Of a stretch of DNA of 34,076 bases, positions 23,926-32,688 are shown in pieces. Each line of letters begins with the position of its first letter. Position 1 is the stretch's first letter. The notes beneath the pieces were generated by a model that searched no databases, was not told the origin of the DNA, and saw only the letters and a list, made by a program, of their open reading frames with translations. The stretch is from positions 1-34,076 of IMG/VR virus record IMGVR_UViG_3300049170_000123, one strand, 5' to 3'. Position numbers and translations under genes: made by a program. Origin of the DNA: a virus (Duplodnaviria; Caudoviricetes).

Positions 23926-24239
23926 TGGTCGGTGTCCTCTCCGTCGGTGGGCAGCGGGTGCCCGGCCTGCTGGAGGCGCCACTCCAGGTCGCTCGCGTTG
24001 ATCCCGCCGACCTCCCAGTACTCGGTGCACCATTCGGCGACGATGCGCAGGATGGCGGCCTGCTGCTCCTCCAGGGCACGGATGCGCTCGTCCCGGGCGG
24101 TGATCTCGGCGGTCGCCCTGTCCGCGACGGCGGCCACGGCGGGGGCGACGTCCTCGGCGGCCCGCCGGGCGTGGTCGGCGAAGGAATCGGCGAGTTCGTT
24201 GAGACGGTCAGCGATCTTCTGGGCTACCTGGTCGTTCAC
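23922..24239 (-). CDS. Hypothetical coiled-coil protein (105 aa)
   Basis: GTGA overlaps at both ends; GGAAGG RBS. Confidence 0.7.
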   Translation of the reverse strand: MNDQVAQKIADRLNELADSFADHARRAAEDVAPAVAAVADRATAEITARDERIRALEEQQAAILRIVAEWCTEYWEVGGINASDLEWRLQQAGHPLPTDGEDTDQ

Positions 24240-24631
24240 TGGTCGGCCTTCCGTAGAGCGACGGCGAGGATGATGTCCGCTTCGAGGACCGCTTCGAGTC
24301 CCCGGCAGGTGCGATCCGCCTGCTGAGCGAGCGCGTGCTGGAGGTGGTCGACGGCGGTGAACAGGGTCCCGATGGGGGGCAGGTTGGCCGCGTCGCCGAT
24401 ATCGTCGGCGGCCTGCACGACCCACCACAGCTCCTCGGCGAACACCTCGGTGGTGGGCTGGTCGAGGACGCGGGGGATGAGTAGGAACTCCTTGAGGAGG
24501 TGGGCGGCCTGGACGATCTCGGGGCGGAACGGTTCGTGGTGGTCGTGGTAGGCGTTGCGGACCGTGTGGACGACGGTGTGTAGGTTCCCTGTGTCGACGG
24601 TGACGGTCTCGCGCGGGGTGATCAGCGGCAC
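24236..24631 (-). CDS. Hypothetical protein (131 aa)
   Basis: AGGAAGGA RBS; fits operon packing. Confidence 0.7.
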   Translation of the reverse strand: MPLITPRETVTVDTGNLHTVVHTVRNAYHDHHEPFRPEIVQAAHLLKEFLLIPRVLDQPTTEVFAEELWWVVQAADDIGDAANLPPIGTLFTAVDHLQHALAQQADRTCRGLEAVLEADIILAVALRKADQ

Positions 24632-24669
24632 GGCCGGTCCTTCCTGGTGGTGTGCGATCCTGGGCGGCG

Positions 24670-24698
24670 GGACCGGGGCGGTAGGAACGCCCCGGTCC
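24670..24698 (-). terminator. Intergenic hairpin
   Basis: Perfect 11-bp stem GGACCGGGGCG / CGCCCCGGTCC. Confidence 0.5.
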
Positions 24699-24715
24699 TC
24701 ACTTCGTCCGGTGGG

Positions 24716-24922
24716 TCATCGGGTGGCGCGGTCGTTGATCAGCCGCATCACCTCGGCGGCGTGCCGGGTGCAGATCTGGATCGCCATGGGGTCGCGGTCC
24801 AGGGCCTCGCCGGTGCAGCGTTCGCCGTTGGAGCGCAGGACCCTGCACTGCGGGCGCGGGTTGGCGGGGACCTGGGTGAGGGCGTCCTTGAACGTCACCC
24901 CGGGGCGGGTCTTGGTGGTCAC
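24716..24922 (-). CDS. Small CCCH-type zinc-finger protein (68 aa)
   Basis: QCRVLRSNGERCTGEA......ICTRH; GTGA overlap; GAAGGGA RBS. Confidence 0.65.
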   Translation of the reverse strand: MTTKTRPGVTFKDALTQVPANPRPQCRVLRSNGERCTGEALDRDPMAIQICTRHAAEVMRLINDRATR

Positions 24923-25740
24923 TGGTTGTTCCCTTCGTTGGTGGTGCAGGCGGGGCAGTCGAGGCGGCCGTCCGGGCGGGCTGTCCAGGCGTCGTCGGGT
25001 TCCCACTCCAGGGGGTCGTCTCGTCCGGCGGTGACGGCGGCGGTGATCGCCTGCGTCGCGGTCGGGTAGTGGAGGTTGGCGCCTTCCCAGTGGGTGAGGT
25101 GGTCCCCGCAGGTGGCGCACACCGCGACCCGGCAGGCGGTGGAGAGGCGGACCGGGTCGGTGTCGACCCGCCAGCCTTCGGCGGCGAGCTTGTCCCGGTG
25201 GGCTTCAGCTTCTTCGCGGGTTGCCCAGTGCAGGGCGGCGTCTTCGCCGCTGGGGTCGTTGAGGGTCCAGCACCCGGTGACGGTGACGGTGGCGAGCGCG
25301 GACAGGTCCCCGGGCAGGGTGGGCGCGGTAGCGGCGGGCGGCGCCCAGGTGACCGTGTAGTCGATGGCGTCGAGCACGTCGAGGAGCGGACCCTGGCCTT
25401 CGAGGTAGGCCCGGAGGGTGACGGTCTGGCCGGTGTCGGCGACGAGGACGGGGTCGATCATGCCGGTGCCGTACTCGGTAGCAAGGGCGGCCCACGCGAC
25501 GACCGGGCAGGACCAGGACTGCCCGGCCTGGGTGAAGGTGATCGTCCACCCGGGTCCGGCGGGGGTGAGGGTGAGCGGGGTACCGGGCGCGGTCGCGGGG
25601 CGGCCGGTACGAACGTGGATCTCGTCGGGGCGCACGTCGAGGTCGACGCATCCGCGGTGGGCGTCCCCGCTGTTGTCGGGGCAGAAGTGCCAGCGGCCGT
25701 CGTCGAGGGTCGTGCACTCGTCGATGGTCGGGGTGGTCAT
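24919..25740 (-). CDS. Hypothetical multi-domain protein with C-terminal CxxC...CxxC (273 aa)
   Basis: CATCG...CPAC; GAGGAG RBS; ATGA overlap. Confidence 0.7.
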   Translation of the reverse strand: MTTPTIDECTTLDDGRWHFCPDNSGDAHRGCVDLDVRPDEIHVRTGRPATAPGTPLTLTPAGPGWTITFTQAGQSWSCPVVAWAALATEYGTGMIDPVLVADTGQTVTLRAYLEGQGPLLDVLDAIDYTVTWAPPAATAPTLPGDLSALATVTVTGCWTLNDPSGEDAALHWATREEAEAHRDKLAAEGWRVDTDPVRLSTACRVAVCATCGDHLTHWEGANLHYPTATQAITAAVTAGRDDPLEWEPDDAWTARPDGRLDCPACTTNEGNNQ

Positions 25741-25925
25741 CGGGTCTCCTCATTGGCTTCGAGTGCGCGGGCGATGCGGTCGGTGTCGGCGTTCAGCCGG
25801 TCGACGATCGACGTGATGCCGCCGAGAACGCGGTCGAGGCGGCCTTCGAGGCTGAGGACCAGGTCGGCGAGTTCGTCGGTGGGCTTGGCGGTGAGCTCTT
25901 CGCGGCGCTGCTCTTGGGGCGTCAC
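25737..25925 (-). CDS. Hypothetical coiled-coil protein (62 aa)
   Basis: AAGGAG RBS before GTG; overlaps at both ends. Confidence 0.65.
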   Translation of the reverse strand: MTPQEQRREELTAKPTDELADLVLSLEGRLDRVLGGITSIVDRLNADTDRIARALEANEETR

Positions 25926-26164
25926 GGGTTCTCCTTCGGGTTGGTGTGCTGGGTGTGGAGTTCGCTGATGAGGGTCGTGGCTGCGGTCCGGATGGTGTCG
26001 TCGAGGCGGGCGGTTGCGAGCATCCGCAGCGCCCCCTTGACCGTTTTGGCTTCGCTCAGGACCACCAGGGCGCACCCGGCGGCCTTGCGCGTGGTGCTGT
26101 TCGCAGGGGCCGCGAGAAGGCGGAACCTCGCGGCCTTGGCGAGCGGCGTCAGCGGGGAGGTCAC
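25922..26164 (-). CDS. Hypothetical protein (80 aa)
   Basis: GTGA overlaps at both ends. Confidence 0.6.
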   Translation of the reverse strand: MTSPLTPLAKAARFRLLAAPANSTTRKAAGCALVVLSEAKTVKGALRMLATARLDDTIRTAATTLISELHTQHTNPKENP

Positions 26165-26373
26165 GCAGGGACCCAGTCGATGTGGTGAACGTTGGCCATG
26201 GGCACGATCACGAACTCGCCTTGCTTCACGGGCAGGTAGAAAGCCGCGCCGTCGCACCGTCGGGCCACTGCTTCGGCCATGTCGTTGGCGGGCTTGTCCT
26301 GGGTGTCGATCGGCACGGAGGTGAAGGTCTGGCCGGTTTTGGTCTTGAGCTTCATCACGTATTCGGCGGCCAT
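26161..26373 (-). CDS. Hypothetical protein (70 aa)
   Basis: AGGAGG RBS before ATG 26373; MAAEYVMKLKT... Confidence 0.7.
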   Translation of the reverse strand: MAAEYVMKLKTKTGQTFTSVPIDTQDKPANDMAEAVARRCDGAAFYLPVKQGEFVIVPMANVHHIDWVPA

Positions 26374-26396
26374 GGAGGCCTCCTGTCTGGGTCCGG

Positions 26397-26894
26397 TGTC
26401 CGGGACCTTTGGAGGTCCCGGATGTCTTTGGGTGTCTGACCTGCTGTTTTGGGTGGGCTCTGGGTGGAGGGGGAGACGTCCGGGACGGGGGGTCCCGGAT
26501 GTGATTAGCGGTGGTGACCTGCCGTTATGGGTGCCTGGGCGAGACGTCCGGGACATCCGGGACCTCCTTTGGGTGTGCGGCCATAGATATGACCTTGTGT
26601 AATCAAATGGGCGTGTGAAATTACAGAGAGTAGTAGTAATACTGAAATGGATTTATATAGAGGAGGTCCCGGATGTCCCGGATATCTCCGAGAACCTGAG
26701 TTTCCGCAGATCAAGGAGGGTGAGACATCCGGGACCTGGGCGTCCCGGATGTCTCCCGGAAGCGCCCCTGGCGTCCCGAAACCCCAGCTCAGGGGCGAGG
26801 GGACATCCGGGACCCCGGATGTCCCGGACGTCTCACCAGACCGCGCCATTTCGCCGTCCCCGGCTCCGGACACCCGTCCCGGATGTCCCGGATG
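26397..26894. repeat. Putative replication origin: 14 copies of TCCGGGAC/GTCCCGGA around an AT-rich core
   Basis: TCCGGGAC at 26399, 26479, 26547, 26556, 26728, 26806; GTCCCGGA at 26415, 26492, 26666, 26675, 26742, 26821, 26876, 26885; AT-rich tract about 26583-26660; immediately downstream of the primase-helicase gene. Confidence 0.85.
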
Positions 26895-26908
26895 ACGCGC
26901 GGGTGCCC

Positions 26909-29782
26909 TCACAGCACGTCTCGCAACAGGTCCGGGTGCACCACGAACAACCCGTCAGGCATGCGCCGTCCGGCCTTGTCCGTGCGCTGCACACTCGCCA
27001 GCCAGCCCTGCACGGCCAGGCGACCGAGCACCGTGCGAATCCCCTGGGCGCCGTGTTCCTTGACCCAGGTGCGGCGCTTCATCCCCGCCCGGACCTCATC
27101 GACCGTCACCAGGTCCTTGCCGCGACGGCGAAGCCACTCCAGCACCTGCTCCTCGGCTTCGTGCCGCGAGTTCTTCTCGGTGCCCGCCCGGGTGCCCAGA
27201 ACCTCCAGGGCGTGTTCGATGGCGTACTCGGCAATCTCGATGGCGTGGCTCATGGTCAGCTCGGAGACCGGTGCGTCGACTTCGCCGCCGCCCAACAGGT
27301 GCAGCAGGGCGGCGATGCGGTAGGTGGTTCCGGCGAGCTTGTTCGCCCACCCCTCGATGACCGCTAGGTCTCCGGTGTTGGGGTTGATGCGCTTCTCGAT
27401 CCCGGCCCGCCACCGCAGGTGAAGCCCTTCGGCTTCGTTGCCGATGTAGACGCACCGCGCGGGGACCGGCTCGCCCTCCTCGTCGAACTTCCCGCCCCCG
27501 GGCAGCACCCGGAAGAACGCGGACCGGATGACCTGCTCCCACGCCTGCTCCAGGTAGTCCGGGACCCGAGGCGGACGCGGGTCCCGATGTCCAGCCATGG
27601 ACTGCGGTTGGGCGAACAGCACCCGGTTGAGCAGACCCCGGTCGAGCACGGCCTTGGAGGAGGCGACGTCGTCGATCACGACTGGCTGCACGGCGAGGCA
27701 CACCGACAGGGAAGGGCGTTCGACCTCGAACGCTTCACGCCCGACCCGGTCGACCCGGTACGGCTCGGTGGAGTCGTAGGAGATCAGGACGAGTTCGAGG
27801 TTGGGGATGCCCTTGGAGTAGCGGCCGGAGACGTTGCCGAGGAACCCGCCCTCCGCAGAGATGAGCCCGATGTGTCCGCCGACGCGCTTCATGATGATGC
27901 CGAGGGCCTCGGGCAGGACGTCGCCGACGAGGAGCTGAGGCCGCGGCGGTGGCTGCGCATCGCGCATCTCCTGCTTGGCGCTGTCGAGGTCGGCGAGGAG
28001 GGTTTTGCGTTTGTCGCCGCTGGCATCAACGAGCTTGGCGACGACCTTGTCCTTGGTCTTCACGGCGATCTCGTACAGCTCCTCTTGATCGCCGTAGTCC
28101 TTGTCCCAGGCCTGCCGGAGCTCCTTCTCCAGCTTCCGGACAGGGGTGGTGATCGCGTCGAAGGCGGGCGACTTGCCGCCACCGGACCCGAGGATGGAGA
28201 TGGTCCACAAGTTGAGGGTCTTCTCGGTCCAGTGGCCGGAGACCATGGCGTGTCCGCCGATGAGGGTGGGCAGGGTGCCGAGGATGGTGAGAGCGACCAG
28301 GTCGACGGGGACACGGGTGAACGTGGCGACGGCCTGGGCGAACTTCCCGATGTCGCCGGGCAGGGCGTGCACGGGGAAGGTGGGCAGCAGCTTGGACTCG
28401 GTGTCGCTCGGGGTCGGCCAGGGGAGCGCCCGGACGTCTTCGACGGTGGCGAACACCCCGTTGAGGACCTGGTGGTCTTCGGCGGCCATGGTTGCCGACC
28501 GGACGTCGGCGGGCTTCGCAGTCTCGGCTGGCGGATGCTCCTCGGAGGTTCCGGTGGTTCCTTCCCAGGGGTCCTCGGGCGGTTCCGCGTCGGACCAGGA
28601 ATCCGCGCGGGTGCGGCTGCTGGCCTTGATCTCCGCGAGAGCCTGCCGGGGCAGTCGTCGGGCTGCGGTCGTGGCGCGCTGGTCGCCGAGGGCAGCCCAT
28701 CGAAGGTCCCGGGCGGCGGTCTTTTCGTCGCCTCCGTGGTTGAGCCACGCGAACAGGCGCCCCATGGTGAGCGGGCGCCCGCCGTGCTCCTCGACGGTGG
28801 GCAGACCGGCCGACTCGGAGAACACGTTGAGGGTGGGTGCGCCGTTGTACCCGGCGCGGGCGGAGTACTTCGAGGTGGACTCGCCGGGGCGCAACCAGAG
28901 TTCGGCGCCCTGGTCGTTGCCGACGTAGGTCCAGCCGTGCGGGGTGAGTAGGTCGGCCCATGTGCAGTGACGCGCGAGGCTGTCGAACGGGCCTTCGCCC
29001 AGCCCCGCCGGGCTCGCCGGAGCTGGGCGCGGGTTGGTGTGCTGTGCGACGGGGTGGGCGGACTGGATGGCGCCGATCGCTTCGCGGATCTCGGTGAGCG
29101 TGTAGAGGGTTCCGGAGTAGGTGCTGGTCGCCATCCGGTTCGTGCCGGGCTTGCGGTTGATGGTGCCGGGAACGCGCAGGACGCGTGAAAGGTCGGACAC
29201 CCCGGACCCGTACTCCCAACCCGACTCTTCCGACACGGCCCGAAGTCCGCGGTGCCACTGCCGCGAGATCTCCTTGATCTCTTCTCTGGCTTCGCGGTCG
29301 GACACGTCGATGGGATCGCGGAGGAGGACGTGGTGATAGAGGCCGCCGCCGGAGTTCACCAGGATGGTTGGTTTCGGGTACCCGGATGCGGCGTACACGC
29401 GGTGCGCTGCCGCTTCGTCGGGCGGGAGGTTGGTCCCCTTGTGGCCCGGCCCTGCGTAGTCGACGTCCGTCCAGAACCCGAAGAACGTGCGCGAGTCGTC
29501 TGCCCCACCCCGTTTGCCAGGGTCGAGCGGGCGAACGAGGGTGGTGGGTCGTGCGTAGACGCCCTCGACTCCCGAAGCATCCCGGCGACCGATCAGCTCG
29601 GCGGCGGCGGAGATACCCTGCCAGTCCGTGGCGAAGGTCTGCCCAGTCCAGTCGCCCTTGAAGGCGATGTGCAGCAGGCCGGGGGCATCGCCGTAGTAGG
29701 TGGCCAGGAACTCCCGGACCGTGTCCAGGTCGGCCCGCAGCGGCACACTGTCCGCTGCGGGCGTCGTCGGGGTGTTGCTCAC
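26909..29782 (-). CDS. Primase-helicase: RepB-like archaeo-eukaryotic primase fused to DUF3987/YfjI-like P-loop helicase (957 aa)
   Basis: AEP motifs FWTDVD, VNSGGGLYHH, D.SRVLRVPGT.NRK; C-half FP..ALP, Walker A GSGGGKSP, SAEGG, RGLLNR; winged-helix-like C-terminus. Confidence 0.88.
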   Translation of the reverse strand: MSNTPTTPAADSVPLRADLDTVREFLATYYGDAPGLLHIAFKGDWTGQTFATDWQGISAAAELIGRRDASGVEGVYARPTTLVRPLDPGKRGGADDSRTFFGFWTDVDYAGPGHKGTNLPPDEAAAHRVYAASGYPKPTILVNSGGGLYHHVLLRDPIDVSDREAREEIKEISRQWHRGLRAVSEESGWEYGSGVSDLSRVLRVPGTINRKPGTNRMATSTYSGTLYTLTEIREAIGAIQSAHPVAQHTNPRPAPASPAGLGEGPFDSLARHCTWADLLTPHGWTYVGNDQGAELWLRPGESTSKYSARAGYNGAPTLNVFSESAGLPTVEEHGGRPLTMGRLFAWLNHGGDEKTAARDLRWAALGDQRATTAARRLPRQALAEIKASSRTRADSWSDAEPPEDPWEGTTGTSEEHPPAETAKPADVRSATMAAEDHQVLNGVFATVEDVRALPWPTPSDTESKLLPTFPVHALPGDIGKFAQAVATFTRVPVDLVALTILGTLPTLIGGHAMVSGHWTEKTLNLWTISILGSGGGKSPAFDAITTPVRKLEKELRQAWDKDYGDQEELYEIAVKTKDKVVAKLVDASGDKRKTLLADLDSAKQEMRDAQPPPRPQLLVGDVLPEALGIIMKRVGGHIGLISAEGGFLGNVSGRYSKGIPNLELVLISYDSTEPYRVDRVGREAFEVERPSLSVCLAVQPVVIDDVASSKAVLDRGLLNRVLFAQPQSMAGHRDPRPPRVPDYLEQAWEQVIRSAFFRVLPGGGKFDEEGEPVPARCVYIGNEAEGLHLRWRAGIEKRINPNTGDLAVIEGWANKLAGTTYRIAALLHLLGGGEVDAPVSELTMSHAIEIAEYAIEHALEVLGTRAGTEKNSRHEAEEQVLEWLRRRGKDLVTVDEVRAGMKRRTWVKEHGAQGIRTVLGRLAVQGWLASVQRTDKAGRRMPDGLFVVHPDLLRDVL

Positions 29783-30174
29783 TCCCCGCCCTCCAGCTCC
29801 CAGTAGTCGGCGGGCAGGTAGCCACCGGCGATCTGGCGGTCGATGGAGGCGCGGCGCTCGTTCCGGCTCTTGGTGTCGGAGGCGCGGAACGACTGCTCGG
29901 TCTCGATCGTGCGGACGATCTCCGTGCGCAGGTAGTCCAGGCCGCTCCCGTTGGCGCGGACGATGACCCGTTCGGCGTCGGCGAGAACCACTCCGAGCTT
30001 CATGAGTGCGCCGTGGTCGACGAAACGGACTTCGCCGACGATGTTGATCTCGACGATTCCGCCCGGCCCGGCCGTGACCGGAGTGGGCACCAGGTGGTTG
30101 GTCAGGTGCCCGTTCGTGACGGTGATGGTGAAGGCGTTGCGGACCTCGATGATCGGTCCGGTGCTGCTGGTCAT
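29779..30174 (-). CDS. Hypothetical protein (131 aa; alternative start 30228)
   Basis: GTGA coupling to the primase gene; purine-rich RBS before ATG 30174. Confidence 0.7.
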   Translation of the reverse strand: MTSSTGPIIEVRNAFTITVTNGHLTNHLVPTPVTAGPGGIVEINIVGEVRFVDHGALMKLGVVLADAERVIVRANGSGLDYLRTEIVRTIETEQSFRASDTKSRNERRASIDRQIAGGYLPADYWELEGGE

Positions 30175-30214
30175 GCTTCCCCCGAAGACATGGACGGTGG
30201 TTGACGGGTCCGGG

Positions 30215-30248
30215 GGCGGCGCCTCCATGTGCGGGTGGAGGCGCCGCC
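30215..30248 (-). terminator. Early-operon hairpin (terminator/attenuator)
   Basis: Perfect 13-bp stem GGCGGCGCCTCCA / TGGAGGCGCCGCC, 10 nt after the upstream stop. Confidence 0.6.
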
Positions 30249-30258
30249 TACTTCGGGG

Positions 30259-30813
30259 TCAGTCGATGCGGCCGAGCTCCGCGAGGATGCGGAACACCTC
30301 GCCACGCGTGGTGTCCATGGAGGGCACGTACACGACCAGTTCGCGACCGCCCTGGTTCTGGTTGGTGACGACCACGCCGGGGAAGCCGTCGCCGTAGGCA
30401 GCGCTCATGTCCTCGTCGAACCGGGCGAACACGGGGATTCGCTCGTCGAGGAACTCGATGGTGGCGACCTCCGCGTGGCGGACGGTGCGTCCGCTGGGGA
30501 CGGTGAGGGGCTGCCAGCCGACCGCTCCGGCGAGGTGCGGGTAGTGCCGGGTGAGGTAGTGCGGGGCGTGCATGAGGACGCGGGTGGTGACGCTTTCGCG
30601 GTCGGGCACGGGGTAGCTGATGATCTGCTCTTCGGGGGTGCCGATGATCGCGGGGAGGCTGGCCAGCTCGTAGTCGTACTTCTCGTACCGGCGGCGGTTC
30701 AGGTGGGCGTGGACGGTCCAGGTCTGGTTGCCGATGGTGACCCATCCGAGGTGGGTGGTGTCGCCGTTCCAGGTGCGGGCGGCCGGGGTGGTGGTGTTCG
30801 CGGAAGTCTGCAC
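30259..30813 (-). CDS. Hypothetical protein (184 aa)
   Basis: AAGGGGA RBS before GTG 30813; GC-rich third positions. Confidence 0.7.
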   Translation of the reverse strand: MQTSANTTTPAARTWNGDTTHLGWVTIGNQTWTVHAHLNRRRYEKYDYELASLPAIIGTPEEQIISYPVPDRESVTTRVLMHAPHYLTRHYPHLAGAVGWQPLTVPSGRTVRHAEVATIEFLDERIPVFARFDEDMSAAYGDGFPGVVVTNQNQGGRELVVYVPSMDTTRGEVFRILAELGRID

Positions 30814-30941
30814 AGCTATCCCCTTGTGGGTATGCCTCGTAGCGCGACGGCGCATGGCGCGGTCGGCGAGGCGGTGAAGAAGGAAGGGGTCGGCGCGGTC
30901 AAGGCCGACGCGGGACGCTGTTAGGCAGCGTCAGGAGCGCG

Positions 30942-31211
30942 TCAGGCGCTGGCGCGGTTGCTCTGCTCGGCGGCGCGCTCAGACTCCAGGTGCGCGATCA
31001 CGTCGCTCTTCCAGGCCACGACGCGGTGACCGGACTTGAAGAGGAACGGGGCGCGGCCCTGGTTGCGCAGCCAGCGCAGGGTGGCCTCGGGGAGTCGCAT
31101 GAGCTCGGCGATCTCCGCGAACAACAGGAGCTGGTCCTGGTCGCGGTTGGGGGAGATCACGGCGGGTTCGCCGGAATGCGGTTTGGTAGCTCCGCTAGTC
31201 TGGGTACGCAT
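30942..31211 (-). CDS. Excisionase/AlpA-like HTH DNA-binding protein (start uncertain)
   Basis: LLLFAEIAELMRLPEATLRWLRNQGRAPFLFKSGHRVVAWKSDV..HL; divergent from the repressor. Confidence 0.82.
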   Translation of the reverse strand: MRTQTSGATKPHSGEPAVISPNRDQDQLLLFAEIAELMRLPEATLRWLRNQGRAPFLFKSGHRVVAWKSDVIAHLESERAAEQSNRASA

Positions 31212-31584
31212 ACCCAACTCCAATCGTGCCCTGCCAGGCATTGGACGGTGTGCACTCGGGCCTCACGGTTGCCGCCGTGGGGCCCTGTCTTTTGCGCGGG
31301 TAGCTTGCCGACCACCCTGGTGGCCTCCTGTTGGGGACCACTGAGGAGACGTTACCACGGTTGTACTGATGTGGGTACACATGTTCATGGTGGCTGGTGT
31401 GCAAGTCGCTCATCAGAGTCGATCAGGCTCCGGCGTCCTCCGCTGTGAGCCTCTCGGTTCCGCAAGCTTCCGCTGAAATCCCTTCTGTTGGCATACTTGT
31501 ACATCGTTGAGCATCGTGGGCTATGGTGGGTGGCGTAGGCGTGGGGTAGCCGACCCCGGCCGCTCAAGAAGGAGGGTCTACGTC
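31201..31584. promoter_or_regulatory. Divergent immunity (lysis-lysogeny switch) region
   Basis: Lower-GC intergenic region between the divergent HTH genes; palindromes TGGGTA-CGCA-TACCCA (31201-31216) and TGTAC-N8-GTACA (31362-31379). Confidence 0.55.
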
Positions 31585-32688
31585 ATGTCAATCAGTGCGC
31601 TGGTCAAGCAGCGTCGAGAGGCACTCAAGGTCAGCCAAGCCGATCTGGCATGGCTTGCCCGCGTCTCCCGGGGGACTATTGGCAACATCGAGCGCGGCGC
31701 AGTTGGGAGTGACAGCCGTACACTCCCGGCAGTCACATACGCCCTTGGGCTTGACTACCTCGACACAGTGCAGTCTGGGCAAGAGGTGGAACGTGTGCCA
31801 CTCTTTGTTGCTCGGAGGATCATCCAACTAATCCTTGAAGTGCGGGATGGCTCTGGACGTGTACAGAGTGTGCGCAAAATCGCCCGACTGAACGCTGATG
31901 CATACCTTGAATTCGTAGAAATTTTCGAGGATGAAGGCAGTGTTGCACTCGACGGTGATGCTAAAGACAATCTCTCTGATCTTGCGGAGTTCGTAGTTCC
32001 GATGTTGGAGGATAAGTCTTCTGCTGACCGAAAAGTTCTGGATTGGTTTCATGACCTTGGCTGGTCAGAAGATGACTATGACGACTGGGATTCGCTCAAG
32101 GCTGATGTTGTGCTCAGGGATCCGGCTCAAGAGGAGCATCCCCTTGAGGTCAATATTGAGTCGTCGGCTGCACTTCCCGATGTCCCTGCTGGTAAGACAT
32201 GGTCAATGGAATTTGACATGTCCGACCTTCTTGATGAGATCAGAAGGACCAACGAAGAAGTCCAGCGGGTAACTGGCTCTGTTTTTGATAAGGCGGCTGC
32301 TTTTGACAAGCTTCCATTGAGGGTCAAGGATGCCCTCATGAAAGGAAGTTTGGCTGAGTCGAGCGTTGGCGATATCAAGGGTGGGGTCTACGCTAACCTT
32401 TTTGTCAGGTTGGACGATGTTGGTGTTCCAGTAGAGGAAACTCTGCTTTCCCTTAAGCGGTGGCAGGCTGTAAAATTCTGGGTGGAGGGGGCCTACGATC
32501 TGCTTGAGCGAAGGTCGCGGAAAGAACTTGCTGACCCTCTGGAGTTGTTTGATGCGATCGAAGTCGCTTTGATCTCTTATGCGACACGCCCTGACATCCT
32601 TGAGTATGTTCAAGACAAGTACCCGGGGCGGATTGAGGAGCTGAAGAAGAGGTATCCCAATCAGTTCACGGATGCTGAGGAGGCCTGA
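31585..32688 (+). CDS. XRE-family HTH repressor-like protein with long acidic C-terminal region (367 aa)
   Basis: VKQRREALKVSQADLAWLARVSRGTIGNIERG HTH_3 motif; AAGGAGG RBS before ATG 31585; position beside the integrase. Confidence 0.85.
   Translation: MSISALVKQRREALKVSQADLAWLARVSRGTIGNIERGAVGSDSRTLPAVTYALGLDYLDTVQSGQEVERVPLFVARRIIQLILEVRDGSGRVQSVRKIARLNADAYLEFVEIFEDEGSVALDGDAKDNLSDLAEFVVPMLEDKSSADRKVLDWFHDLGWSEDDYDDWDSLKADVVLRDPAQEEHPLEVNIESSAALPDVPAGKTWSMEFDMSDLLDEIRRTNEEVQRVTGSVFDKAAAFDKLPLRVKDALMKGSLAESSVGDIKGGVYANLFVRLDDVGVPVEETLLSLKRWQAVKFWVEGAYDLLERRSRKELADPLELFDAIEVALISYATRPDILEYVQDKYPGRIEELKKRYPNQFTDAEEA

Noticed and set aside
26397-26894. Repeat cluster as a CRISPR array or transposon/MITE ends
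   Set aside because: Units are 8-14 bp in both orientations with irregular spacing; no cas or transposase gene; context fits an origin.
26505-26912. ORFs crossing the origin (135 aa minus, 82 aa plus)
   Set aside because: Translations just echo the DNA repeats (DVP/GTS/PG). The minus ORF does overlap the primase stop (GTGA), so translation cannot be fully excluded.
27419-29825. 510-aa and 599-aa ORFs overlapping the primase-helicase
   Set aside because: Low-complexity off-frame translations of a clearly identified gene.
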